Source: Macrostomum lignano
Lineage: Eukaryota
Assembly: GCA_002269645.1 (NCBI GenBank)
Contig: NIVC01002948.1
Span: forward strand, 1 to 62,524
Reading direction: 5' to 3'
Length of the DNA: 62,524 nucleotides
How positions within the stretch are numbered: the first letter of the stretch is position 1; each line of letters starts with the position of its first letter. This document shows positions 38,345 through 51,149 of the stretch, in pieces. Below the pieces are notes generated by a model, which made no database searches, had not been told where the DNA came from, and saw only the letters and a program-made list of their open reading frames with translations. The position numbers were made by a program, and so were the translations under genes.

Positions 38345-41300
38345 ATGTCAGCTGAGGTTGCGGTAGAGGACTCCAAGTCCAGTGCTCTGGCTCTGTACCC
38401 CTCTGCCAGTCTGGAAGTTCAGCAGCACCACATGAAGGCTTCGCCAGAGAGTCCGCCGCCACAGCCCAGCATTGAGAGTCACGGCAATGGCAATGGCTTA
38501 GGCAGCAGTAATGATAGTGGCCACGAGGACCAGCACCATGATGACCACGGAGACGAGGTTCCGATGGAGGAACACGATGATGATGAGGATAGAGGAGCTG
38601 GCACGGCTGAAAGCTCATATTATGATAGGCCTGTTCAGCACCTGCAGGTGAGCTTCCTTTTGGATTGTCTGCATTCTGGGTTGTCTGTGTCTGTAGCTGA
38701 ATTGCCTGTGTCTCTAGTTTGGCCTTCTGTGTCTGTAGCTGAATTGCCCGTGTCTCTAGTTTGGCCTTCTGTGTCTGTAGCTGAATTTCCCGTGTCTCTA
38801 GTTTGGCCTTCTGTGTCTGTAGCTGAATTGCCTGTGTCTCTAGTTTGGCCTTCTGTGTCTGTAGCTGAATTGCCTGTGTCTTTAGTTTGGCCTTCTGTGT
38901 CTGTAGCTGAATTGCCCGTGTCTCTAGTTTGGCCTTCTGTGTCTGTAGCTGAATTGCCTGTGTCTCTAGTTTGACCTTTTTTGTCTGTAGCTGAATTGCC
39001 TGTGTCTCTAGTTTGACCTTGTGTGTCTGTAGCTGAATTGCCTGTGTCTCTAGTTTGGCCTTCTGTGTCTGTAGCTGAATTGCCTGTGTCTCTAGTTTGA
39101 CCTTTTGTGTCTGTAGCTGAATTGCCTGTGTCTCTAGTTTGGCCTTCTGTGTCTGTAGCTGAATTGCCTGTGTCTAGTTTGGCCGTCCGCAGTATTGTAC
39201 AGTCGGTGTCCCTACCAAAGCCTGTGGCACTATCGCAGTCTCCCCCTCAACCCAGCAGAGCGATGCAGCTGATGATGCAGCGGATCAGCACGGCGATGAG
39301 GCGGATTCCCTGCAGCAGCCGCAGCAGCAGTACAGCTCGCTGATTAATCCTGAGCAGTCGTCAATGGCTCTCCCTCATCATCACCAGCAGATGCAGCTGC
39401 CCAGCATCCCCGCTGCTGCTGCTGGCTGCGGCGACAGCGGCCTCATCAAGTCGGAGGCGGCCTCCAACAGCTCGGACAGGGAGGAGGCTGCGGGCGGCGC
39501 CGGAGACTTCTACGAACACTCGGGCTTCGGCGGCCCGTCTGACTACAGCGACCTGCTGCCTGGCAACACCAGCAGAGACAGTGAGTTCCCTTACCCTGTC
39601 TGAGTCCCTTCAGTTGTCCTGTGTCTTGAGAGTTTTGTTTGTCCCCTTTAAAAAACAACTAATGCTTCCCGGATTCCCAAGATCATTATCCCCACTAGGA
39701 ATCCCATAATTCTTCCCATAATCCCTGAGATCATTATCCCCACTAGGAATCCCATAATTCTTCCCATAATCCCTGAGATCATTATCCCCAATAGGAATCC
39801 CATAATTCTTCCCATAATCCCTGAGATCATTATCCCCACTAGGAATCCCATGATTCTTCCCATTATCCCCACTAGAAATACCAACATTCTTCCCATAATT
39901 ACCATTGTCACATTCAGCTGAATGCTAACCGCAACCAACTGTGCTTAACTTGGCTAGCAACCTATTTACTATATCTCGAATGTCCAGGCCTGTCTACCGT
40001 GGTTCGAACCCGGCGCCGCAAGGCCGGCCTGCCGGAGGACGAGCGAGTGTGCGCCGTGTGCGGCGACCCCGCCTCCGGCTACAACTTCGACCGGCTGACC
40101 TGCGAGAGCTGCAAGGCGTTCTTCCGTCGGAACGCGTTGAAAGCTCGCGAGAAGATCAAGCCCTGCTCCCGTGGCGGCGGCTGCGACGTGAGCGGCTCGC
40201 AGAGGAAGCACTGCCCGACCTGCCGGCTGGAGAAGTGCGTTCGAGTCGGCATGAAGAAGGAGCTCATATTGCCGCCGGAGAAGCTGGAGCAGCGGGCCAA
40301 GCCGAAGAAGCGGGCCAAGAATGGCGGCCCCCCTTCCGATGGGCCTTCAGCCGCGCACCACGGACTCTCGCGTAAGTCTTTGTTGTACTGCTGCATTTCC
40401 TGTGTGCCTGTGTGTTGCTAGTTTAAATAATAGTCTGCTGATGTTGAATGTCCCGGCAGTTAGTGCATTTATGTATTTTAAATTGATATGTAGAACTGTT
40501 AAGGCACCTTTTACTTTCCTAAATAATGGCACTATTAGTTTCCTAAATAATGGCACTATTAGTTTCCTAAATAATGGCACAATTAGTTTCTTAAATAATG
40601 GCACAATTAGTTTCCTAAATAATGGCACAATTAGTTTCCTAAATAATGGCACAATTAGTTTCCTAAATAATGGCACAATTAGTTTCCTGAATAATGGCAC
40701 TATTAGTTTCCTAAATAATGGCACAATTAGTTTCCTAAATAATGGCACAATTAGTTTCCTAAATAATGGCACAATTAGTTTCCTAAATAATGGCACAATT
40801 AGTTTCCTAAATAATGGCACAATTAGTTTCCTGAATAATGGCACTATTAGTATCCTAATCATGTCACCCTTAGTTTCCTTAACTCGTGTGGAATGGCCGA
40901 ACTCGATTCGGTCGGCGGCCACATTAATTTGGACACTGGGACGCGAATATTGGCCAAACCTTTAACGGAGATAGTGTACATGCCTGGTGATTAGAATGTC
41001 AGGTCCTGTGTGAGCGCGCATGCCTCAGGGGCCAGCGGGCTTGGCATGGCTGCCCACAGCCTCTGCAAACCATCCCAAACTCCTCTCCGCCCCCAGCAGC
41101 GGCCCCCGCGGCGCCACCTCAGCCCAAGCGCTCAGCCAAGGCCGCCAGCAGCAGCCATCATCATCCCCAGCCTTCGTCCGGCCATCATCAGCTTCATCAC
41201 CAACAGTCCCAGACTCCTCACGCTCCCCATCAGCATCATCAGCTCCAGCAGCAGCTCCAGCAGCATCAGCCTCATCAGCACTTCCAGCAGCCTCAGCTTC

Positions 41301-43129
41301 ATCACGGATTAAACGGCCAATTGTCCAGCAGCGTAGATTTAGATCCGCCTCTGTTCGGCTCCCAGCATCAGCAGCTTCATCAGCTCAGCCGTCAGCGCTG
41401 CCCGTCTCCGTCGAGATCGTCGCCGAGCCTGCTGGACGCTCAGCAGCCGCCGGAGTCGGAGCTGGCGCTCGTCTGGTCGGCCGGCACCGCGGCGGGCCGT
41501 CGGTGGCCGCGCGAACTCACCGCCACCGACCGCGAATGCCTGGCCAGCCTCGCCGAGGCCCTCGCCCGCGCCCGGGAGACCCTCGGCTCCTCGTCGGCGT
41601 CGGCGGACTCCGCCAGCGGCGCCTCGGCCGGTCATCGCAAAGACGGCGTCGGCCGGCTGGAGCAGGCCTTCAACCAGATGGACGCCTGCATCCGGCGCAT
41701 CATCTCCGTGGTCAAGCTCATCCCCATCTTCTCCGATGTGGAGAAGGACTCTCAGATACTCATGCTCAAGGTGCTTTGTTATGCCTGTGTTTTCCCATTA
41801 CTGAAACCTCATTTAGGATCTCTGACACTCACAAATCCTCATTTAGGATCTCTGACACCCACAAGTCCTCATTTGGGATCTCTGACATCCACAAGTCCTC
41901 ATTTGGGATCTCTGACATCCACAAAGCATCATTTGGGATCCTCTGACACTCAAAAATCCTCATTTGGGATCTCTGACACTCACAAATCCTCATTTGGGAT
42001 CTCTGACATCCACAAGTCCTCATTTGGGATCTTTGACATCCACAAATCATCATTTGGGATCCTCTGACATCCAAAAATCATCATTTGGGATCCTCTGACA
42101 TTCACAAATCCTCAATTGGTATCCCTACCACCCGTAGATCCTCATTTGGGATCTCTGACATCCACAAATCATCATTAGGTATCCTCTGACACTCAAAAAT
42201 CCTCATTTGGGATCTCTGACATCCACAAGTCCTCATTTGGGATCTCTGACATCCACAAATCATCATTTGGGATCCTCTGACACTCAAAAATCCTCATTTG
42301 GGATCTCTGACACTCACAAATCCTCATTTGGGATCCTCTGACATCCAAAAATCATCATTTGGGATCCTCTGACATTCACAAATCCTCAATTGGTATCCCT
42401 ACCACTCGTAGATCCTCATTTGGGATCTCTGACATCCACAAATCATCATTAGGTATCCTCTGACACTCAAAAATCCTCATTTGGGATCTCTGACGCCCAG
42501 AAATCCCCATTCAAGATCCTTTGCCATCCTTAGTCCATCTAATGATCGCGGTCCCAGTTTGCAGACACCCCAGCCTTAACCCCCTCCCCAACTCCTACAT
42601 GCAGGTGAACATCTACGGCCTCGTGATTCTCTACTCGTCATTCTTCAACAACTCCACAACGCCAGCCGGCGTCAGCTCCAGCGGCGGCGCCGGCCTCTCC
42701 CTGATGCAGGAGCTCGCAGCCTCCGTGTCGGCCATCATTGAGATGCGGCCGGACGTGAGCGACCTGACCCCGGCCGACCTGGACCAGTACCGGGCCAACA
42801 CCGACAACGTGTACGCCCAGCTGGAGCGGCACAGTCGCCGAGACGACATCGTCAAGATGCTGATGCTGGCATTGAAGCTGTTCAACTCCGACACGATGCC
42901 AGCCGAGGTTCGCGGCGCCATCGACGAGGCGCAGTCGGTTTATTCGCAGCTGCTCAAGAAGTACCTGGCCTGCAAGTTCGGCGTGGCCGATGCCATGCGG
43001 ATGTACCCCAGGCTGCTCATGACCTTCATTGACATGCGCACGGTGGAGAACAAGATGACCGAATTCACCAAGCTGCTGTCCGTGGAGTCGCTTAATCCGC
43101 TGGTGCGCGAGGTCACGCAGGTTAATTAG
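38345..43129 (+). CDS. Hr96: HR96/DAF-12-like (NR1J) nuclear receptor, about 736 aa, 5 exons (38345-38647, 39256-39580, 39988-40371, 41097-41770, 42605-43129)
   Basis: C4 DBD CAVCGDPASGYNFDRLTCESCKAFFRRNA with the NR1J P-box ESCKA; second finger C..C...QRKHCPTCRLEKCVRVGMKKE. LBD motifs KLIPIFSDVEKDSQILMLK, YSQLLKKYL, YPRLLM and LNPLVREV. GT-AG introns with phases 0,1,1,0 give 2211 nt with no stop. Confidence 0.9.
38680..39180. repeat. 42-bp minisatellite, about 12 copies, nuclear receptor intron 1
   Basis: Unit CTGTGTCTGTAGCTGAATTGCCTGTGTCTCTAGTTTGGCCTT. Confidence 0.95.
39665..39900. repeat. 48-bp minisatellite, about 4.5 copies, nuclear receptor intron 2
   Basis: GATCATTATCCCCACTAGGAATCCC recurs with period 48. 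Confidence 0.9.
40520..40855. repeat. 24-bp minisatellite (TAAATAATGGCACAATTAGTTTCC), about 14 copies, nuclear receptor intron 3
   Basis: Direct tandem copies. Confidence 0.95.
41800..42510. repeat. 30-31-bp minisatellite (CATTTGGGATCTCTGACATCCACAAATCCT), about 23 copies, nuclear receptor intron 4
   Basis: Direct tandem copies. Confidence 0.95.
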
Positions 43130-43256
43130 GGTCAACAATCGCTTAATCCTTTTCTCGGCTGTTCCGGTTCAAATGTTTTTGACAGAGAGTCTTCTTTAAC
43201 TTAATCTTTTTGCCGTTTACGGCTTCTCTTGCGTCGTTTGAAGTCGTTTTAGTAGA

Positions 43257-43262
43257 AATAAA
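43257..43262 (+). promoter_or_regulatory. Candidate polyadenylation signal of the nuclear receptor gene
   Basis: AATAAA about 130 nt after the stop codon. Confidence 0.45.
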
Positions 43263-43289
43263 GGTCAGGTGCTCCGTAAATAACATAGT

Positions 43290-43710
43290 TAGGATCAATG
43301 TAGGTAGGTACCTTTGGGTCATAGTTGATCACTTTGAGTCATAGTTGATCACTTGGGATCATGGTTAATCTCTTTGGGTCATAGTTGATCACTTGGGGTC
43401 ATAGTTGACCACTTTGGGTCATATTTAATCAACCTGGGTCATAATTGACCACCCTGGGTCATAGTTGATCACTTGAGGTCATAATTGATCACTTTGGGTC
43501 ATAGTTGATCACTTTGGGTCATAGTTGATCACTTTGGGTCATAGTTGATCACTTTGGGTCATAGTTGATCACTTTGAGTCATAGTTGATCACTTTGGGTC
43601 ATAGTTGATCACTTTGGATCATAGTTGATCACTTTGGGTCATAGTTGATCACTTTGGATCATAGTTGATCACTTTGGGTCATAGTTGATCACTTTGGATC
43701 ATAGTTAAAA
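43290..43710. repeat. 20-bp minisatellite (GGGTCATAGTTGATCACTTT), about 21 copies
   Basis: Direct tandem copies. Confidence 0.93.
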
Positions 43711-45059
43711 CAGTTTATTGGTTGGGTTCATTCAAGGTCATACCCCGAATTTTGTCGTGCGACGCAGTTTGAAAGTCACAGTTGAGTAGTGCAGCCGCAT
43801 TCTAGTCACTGAAGTTATTGCTAATTTTTGCTGCATGCTCTAAAGTGCATTAATTTAATTTTGTGTGTTGTATTTTTGCTGTATTGACTTCTCAATGTGT
43901 ACTTTTACTACAGCTAGCAGCAGGCGCACTTTTTCTAGCGCACACCATGGCCGAACCTCCCGCTTGCCGCCAGGAACAAAATATTTCTGTAAATGTTTTC
44001 AAATTATTCATTGTTAGTCTCTCCGTATTACTTAGAGTAGTGTGTAGTACTTGTGTATAATTTTTGTTGTTTTTATTGCTTTTGTCGGGCTGCAGATTTG
44101 CGATTCCTCTGTCTTTTCTGTCCGGCAGACCCTGTAGAAAGCTTTAAGTGTAGTATATTGAAAAATGAAATTGTCTGTGTGAAATAATTGCTTTAATATT
44201 CTTCATCTCCAGCTTCCACAGCCTCCCGCTGTCAGTCTGTCCTTTTATAATTCAACTCAGCTGCTGCTCCTGGCTTTCTTCTTTTTCTGTTTACATTTTT
44301 TCTTATTTCTAACTTTTCCGAGTGCAATGCGCGTAGCATACTACTGCAGATTACAATCCTCGTTTTTACATACATCACCTTTTCCTCTACACTCGCAACT
44401 GCCGCCTCGATCAGTAGTCAGATGCGGTTATTGCTAGCTTATTTTATCAGCTCTCTGACTTATCTCGGCTATGTGTTTTTATTCAGTTCAACTGTAGCTA
44501 CTACTGACGAGAGTAGGGCATTCGCGTGTTCAACCGCATGCGAACAACTGATGGACCATTGCTCTGCGTTTTTTTCATATAAAAATTTTATTGCTTTTCG
44601 CTTTTTCTAGCTTCTGCTTCTTCTTTTAGTTTGCTGCGCGTGTCTCGCAGCGCTGAGTTCAATTTGGCAGCTACCATAACTATTGGTGTCTCTTGCTGTA
44701 GCCTCCTCTACCCGCTTGTTTTTTAATTAATAATATTTCTGCATCTATATATTCACACACCATACTACTGATATAGTAGTAGCATACGTTATACATGCAA
44801 TCGGCTTGATAATCTTGTGCAATTTCACTTCCTAATTCTATTATCATATAAACATTTTTTTGAATTCGTTCTTGCGTTTACATATTTAACTAACTATATA
44901 GCAACTGTTGTGTTGTACAAAATTATTAATATAAATATGCGATTATAAAATATTAAATTATTGCATATGCACTGACCTGTTTCTAATGCGAAACTTTCAA
45001 TGGCTTGTCTCTAACACTTTGGATTCGTCTTTTGAGCGCAGCTTTATTTTGTTTCTTAG

Positions 45060-45920
45060 GTGGGTGAGATCAGATTGTGTTTGAGAGTGAGATTAGAGAT
45101 TGTGTTTGAGAGTGAGATTAGAGATTGTGTTGAGAGTGAGATTAGAGATTGTGTTTGAGAGTGAGATTAGAGATTGTGTTTGAGAGTGAGATTAGAGATT
45201 GTGTTTGAGAGTGAGATTAGAGATTGTGTTTGAGAGTGAGATTAGAGATTGTGTTTGAGAGTGAGATTAGAGATTGTGTTTGAGAGTGAGATTAGAGATT
45301 GTGTTTGAGAGTGAGATTAGAGATTGTGTTTGAGAGTGAGATTAGAGATTGTGTTTAGGGTGAGATTAGAGATTGTGTTTAGGGTGAGATTAGAGATTGT
45401 GTTGAGGGTGAGATTAAAGATTGTGTTGAGGGTGAGATTAGACATCGTGTTTGAGGGTGAGATCAGAGATTGTGTTGATGGTGAGATTAAAGATTGTGTT
45501 GAGGGTGAGATTAGACATCGTGTTTGAGGGTGAGATCAGAGATTGTGTTGAGGGTGAGATTAAAGATTGTGTTGAGGGTGAGATTAGACATCGTGTTTGA
45601 GGGTGAGATCAGAGATTGTGTTGATGGTGAGATTAACGATTGTGTTGAGGGTGAGATTAGACATCGTGTTTGAGGGTGAGATCAGAGATTGTGTTGAGGG
45701 TGAGATTAGAGATTGTGTTAAGGGTGAGATTAGATTGTGTTGAGGGTGAGATTAGATTGTGTTGAGGGTGAGATTAGAGATTGTGTTAAGGGTGAGATTA
45801 GATTGTGTTGAGGGTGAGATTAGATTGTGTTGAGGGTGAGATTAGAGATTGTGTTGAGGGTGAGATCAGAGATTGTGTTGAGGGTGAGATTAGAGATTGT
45901 GTTGAGGGTGAGATCAGAGA
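45060..45920. repeat. 22-25-bp minisatellite (GAGATTGTGTTTGAGAGTGAGATTA and variants), about 35 copies
   Basis: Direct tandem copies with a left-to-right change of variant. Confidence 0.95.
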
Positions 45921-48900
45921 TTTGACACTGGTACATCAGATAAATGCCTCACACAGAAAGATGAGAGAGGACATGCATTGTAGAGATATGATGAAGCCGG
46001 TGCATTTGCTAATGCCATGTAGTCCAGAATGTCCAGTTTGGCTGCTGCAGCCTCGTGCAGCTGTCGCACTGACAGCAGCCGCTATATGGGAATCGGCTTC
46101 CATGTACAAACCGCCACCAACTGCCACAGACGCGCTGCATGCGGTTACCTGACCTGTCATTCCAAGTTGGCGCGCTGTTCAACTTGAAAGATTACGTAAT
46201 AAGCAACTGCGCCGTTGCACGCAACCTCAACAATGCCCAAATGAGGGCTTGGCCTGATCTTACTGTCTGCCTGCCCCAGTTTAGTGGTTCCACCGTTCCG
46301 CTTGACTGGTAATTACCGCGCGGGCTCCTGGATTGGCCAAATTGGGCAATTATTGTATTTCTTTAACTAACAATGCCTTCTTGTATAGTTCGTTTTAGAC
46401 TGTAATTGCTTCAACTCCAGGCAGTCTCTGCGGTTGCTACTCGGTTTTTATTGTGCACTGGCCCGTGAGGCAGTTCGCTTCCAACTCCATGCGCAGTTTC
46501 GAACGAATAAATTGCCAGCTGAGAAACAAATTTGAAGTTTTGTTAAACCAACTGGCTGATTACATGGCATCTTGGTTTGAATGTTTGGCTTGCGAGGAAA
46601 GCACCGCTGCGGCACTGACTGCCAAGTTGAAGTTTGTGGAGCGAAAAATCACATTTCCGATAAATAACAATGATTTAGCTAACAATTAGAATGCAAAATT
46701 AAAATTAAAAAAACTGAAATTTCTGAAGATACAAAGAAACACCACCAAATCTATCAGCAAAAAAAGCCAAAAATCGTAATAAAATTTGACCTGATAGTTA
46801 GGCATGGCTGGCACCCCAATCAAAGCATCGCTGACACCCCAATCAACGCATGGCTGACACCCCAATTAAAGCATGGCTGACACCTCCAATCAAAGCATGG
46901 CTGGCACCCCAATCAAAGCATCGCTGACACCTCCAATCAAAGCATCGCTGACACCCCAATCAAAGCATGGCTGACACCCCAATTAAAGCATCGCTGACAC
47001 CCCAATTAAAGCATGGCTGACACCTCAATTAAAGCGTAGCTGACACCGCAATTAAAGCATGGCTGACACCTCAATTAAAGCATCGCTGACACCTCAATTA
47101 AAGCATGGCTGTCACCCCAATTAAAGCGTGGCTGTCACCCCAATTAAAGCGTGGCTGACACCCCAATTTAAGCATTGCTGACGCCCCAATTAAAGCATCG
47201 CAGATTGCTGGACAATCAATCGCTGGCACCCCAAATAAAGCATGGCTGGCACCCCAATTAACCCATGGCTGACACCTCCAATTAAAGCGTGGCTGACACC
47301 CCAATTAAAGCATGGCTGGCACCTCCAATTAAAGCGTGGCTGACACCTCAATTAACCCATGGCTGACACCTCCAATTAAAGCGTGGCTGACATTCCAATT
47401 AAAGCATGGCTGGCACCTCCAATTAAAGCGTGGCTGACACCTCAATTAACCCATGGCTGACACCTCCAATTAAAGCGTGGCTGACATTCCAATTAAAGCA
47501 TGGCTGACACCCCAATTAAAGCATCGCTGACACCCCAATCAAAGCATCGCTGACACCCCAGCTACATGGCAGGCATGAATCATCAATTATAACCAGCGAT
47601 GCAAGCGCTTGCCTCTCAACTGAGTCTCCCATACCAGAAAACTGACCCTAATGACAGAATTTTTTGTCCAGTGCAGCAGCTCAACGGCAGGGCGTGTCAG
47701 CAGCTTCACTACTGCTCCCTCTCACCCGCCTGCTCGACATCTTAGGTGAGAATTTGCCGAGCGCCACTGCTGCTGCTCTTGTTAATTTCTTGCTAAAAGC
47801 GTAAAAAACAGCCTCATGCTTTAATTTTTTGTCTCACTCTCTTCTTTTTCTCCTCTTCTAGAAGAAGACAATTAAAAAATTCCAGATGCTAGAGAGCCAC
47901 AAGCCACTAGTTGACAAGGCCTCAACCTACCAGAGCCTCAACATTGTTTGCAATGGGCCACAGGCATGTTACACTTACACACACTGCGGCACACAGCCTG
48001 GAGACTCGCTCCGCTACACACAATCTACACGATTAGATTGTGTTGAGGGTGAGATTAGATTGTGTTGAGGGTGAGATTAGAGATTGTGTTGAGGGTGAGA
48101 TCAGAGATTGTGTTGAGGGTGAGATTAGAGATTGTGTTGAGGGTGAGATCAGAGATTTGACACTGGTACATCAGATAAATGCCTCACACAGAAAGATGAG
48201 AGAGGACATGCATTGTAGAGATATGATGAAGCCGGTGCATTTGCTAATGCCATGTAGTCCAGAATGTCCAGTTTGGCTGCTGCAGCCTCGTGCAGCTGTC
48301 GCACTGACAGCAGCCGCTATATGGGAATCGGCTTCCATGTACAAACCGCCACCAACTGCCACAGACGCGCTGCATGCGGTTACCTGACCTGTCATTCCAA
48401 GTTGGCGCGCTGTTCAACTTGAAAGATTACGTAATAAGCAACTGCGCCGTTGCACGCAACCTCAACAATGCCCAAATGAGGGCTTGGCCTGATCTTACTG
48501 TCTGCCTGCCCCAGTTTAGTGGTTCCACCGTTCCGCTTGACTGGTAATTACCGCGCGGGCTCCTGGATTGGCCAAATTGGGCAATTATTGTATTTCTTTA
48601 ACTAACAATGCCTTCTTGTATAGTTCGTTTTAGACTGTAATTGCTTCAACTCCAGGCAGTCTCTGCGGTTGCTACTCGGTTTTTATTGTGCACTGGCCCG
48701 TGAGGCAGTTCGCTTCCAACTCCATGCGCAGTTTCGAACGAATAAATTGCCAGCTGAGAAACAAATTTGAAGTTTTGTTAAACCAACTGGCTGATTACAT
48801 GGCATCTTGGTTTGAATGTTTGGCTTGCGAGGAAAGCACCGCTGCGGCACTGACTGCCAAGTTGAAGTTTGTGGAGCGAAAAATCACATTTCCGATAAAT

Positions 48901-50248
48901 AACAATGATTTAGCTAACAATTAGAATGCAAAATTAAAATTAAAAAAACTGAAATTTCTGAAGATACAAAGAAACACCACCAAATCTATCAGCAAAAAAA
49001 GCCAAAAATCGTAATAAAATTTGACCTGATAGTTAGGCATGGCTGGCACCCCAATCAAAGCATCGCTGACACCCCAATCAACGCATGGCTGACACCCCAA
49101 TTAAAGCATGGCTGACACCTCCAATCAAAGCATGGCTGGCACCCCAATCAAAGCATCGCTGACACCTCCAATCAAAGCATCGCTGACACCCCAATCAAAG
49201 CATGGCTGACACCCCAATTAAAGCATCGCTGACACCCCAATTAAAGCATGGCTGACACCTCAATTAAAGCGTAGCTGACACCGCAATTAAAGCATGGCTG
49301 ACACCTCAATTAAAGCATCGCTGACACCTCAATTAAAGCATGGCTGTCACCCCAATTAAAGCGTGGCTGTCACCCCAATTAAAGCGTGGCTGACACCCCA
49401 ATTTAAGCATTGCTGACGCCCCAATTAAAGCATCGCAGATTGCTGGACAATCAATCGCTGGCACCCCAAATAAAGCATGGCTGGCACCCCAATTAACCCA
49501 TGGCTGACACCTCCAATTAAAGCGTGGCTGACACCCCAATTAAAGCATGGCTGGCACCTCCAATTAAAGCGTGGCTGACACCTCAATTAACCCATGGCTG
49601 ACACCTCCAATTAAAGCGTGGCTGACATTCCAATTAAAGCATGGCTGGCACCTCCAATTAAAGCGTGGCTGACACCTCAATTAACCCATGGCTGACACCT
49701 CCAATTAAAGCGTGGCTGACATTCCAATTAAAGCATGGCTGACACCCCAATTAAAGCATCGCTGACACCCCAATCAAAGCATCGCTGACACCCCAGCTAC
49801 ATGGCAGGCATGAATCATCAATTATAACCAGCGATGCAAGCGCTTGCCTCTCAACTGAGTCTCCCATACCAGAAAACTGACCCTAATGACAGAATTTTTT
49901 GTCCAGTGCAGCAGCTCAACGGCAGGGCGTGTCAGCAGCTTCACTACTGCTCCCTCTCACCCGCCTGCTCGACATCTTAGGTGAGAATTTGCCGAGCGCC
50001 ACTGCTGCTGCTCTTGTTAATTTCTTGCTAAAAGCGTAAAAACAGCCTCATGCTTTAATTTTTTGTCTCACTCTCTTCTTTTTCTCCTCTTCTAGAAGAA
50101 GACAATTAAAAAATTCCAGATGCTAGAGAGCCACAAGCCACTAGTTGACAAGGCCTCAACCTACCAGAGCCTCAACATTGTTTGCAATGGGCCACAGGCA
50201 TGTTACACTTACACACACTGCGGCACACAGCCTGGAGACTCGCTCCGC
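45796..50248. repeat. Near-identical tandem duplication of about 2.2 kb (45796-48014 and 48031-50248) with a 16-nt junction insert
   Basis: Identical ORFs at offset 2235; offset falls to 2234 after a 1-nt A-run difference. Confidence 0.95.
46800..47565. repeat. 23-bp minisatellite (GCTGACACCCCAATTAAAGCATG), about 33 copies; duplicated at about 49035-49800
   Basis: Direct tandem copies. Confidence 0.93.
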
Positions 50249-50811
50249 AGTGTCTCAGCTCGCACGCTGAGCTCACAACATTAATAAAAAGCCATAATAC
50301 TAAGCTGAGTACTTGAGCGCAGAGACGCAGACCCTCGGTGTTGGGGGAGGCTGGGGTGGCACTCCGGCCGCCAGTTCATAATAATTCATGCATTTTCCTG
50401 TCCTACAGGGCTGGCTGTGTGCAGGCTCGCCGAAACTGAATGAGGGCTGCATGAGGTTATCTGTCTCTGTTTAGGGCACTGGGCGAGAGTTCGGGCGGTT
50501 GGCTAAAGAGCGCCTTTTGTGTGGCCATAAAATTTTCTCACGATTTGAGCAGAAAATTTGAGTTGCAAATCCGACTTGAATGCCTGGCAGGCTTGTCAAA
50601 CGGCTGCGTAGGCCTCGGGGTGTTGCAGGTTGTCTGATGGGGCTTAGAAGCTGCAGCGCCAGTGTGGCCTGATAAATGCCGCCTAAAGGGAGCCTCAAAA
50701 CCAGTTTAACAGCAATCGGAGTTGCAGCTCATGCGGTGCAAATTCAAAATTAATTTCATTGCGAACGGCCACTTTAAATTATCTGGCCAGCCTTGCCCAG
50801 TGCGTTTTGCA

Positions 50812-51088
50812 GAGAAGTGCAGGACTGCATCTCAGTACCCATGCTGAGAAGTGCAGGACTGCATCTCAGTACCCATGCTGAGAAGTGCAGGACTGCATCT
50901 CAGTACCAATGCTGAGAAGTGCAGGACTGCATCTCAGTACCCATGCTGAGAAGTGCAGGACTGCATCTCAGTACCCATGCTGAGAAGTGCAGGACTGCAT
51001 CTCAGTACCCATGCTGAGAAGTGCAGGACTGCATCTCAGTACCCATGCTGAGAAGTGCAGGACTGCATCTCAGTAACCATGCTGAGAA
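50812..51088. repeat. 34-bp minisatellite (GAGAAGTGCAGGACTGCATCTCAGTACCCATGCT), about 8 copies
   Basis: Direct tandem copies. Confidence 0.95.
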
Positions 51089-51149
51089 ATGGGGAGGCAC
51101 TTTCGGCTACACTACAGCTAGTTCAGCTCCTGACCTACCGCCTCCACTC

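Noticed and set aside
47660-48014. Exon-like segments (also 49895-50290, with AATAAA near 50283) in the duplicated block
   Set aside because: Splice-like signals are present but there is no consistent long frame or recognisable product.
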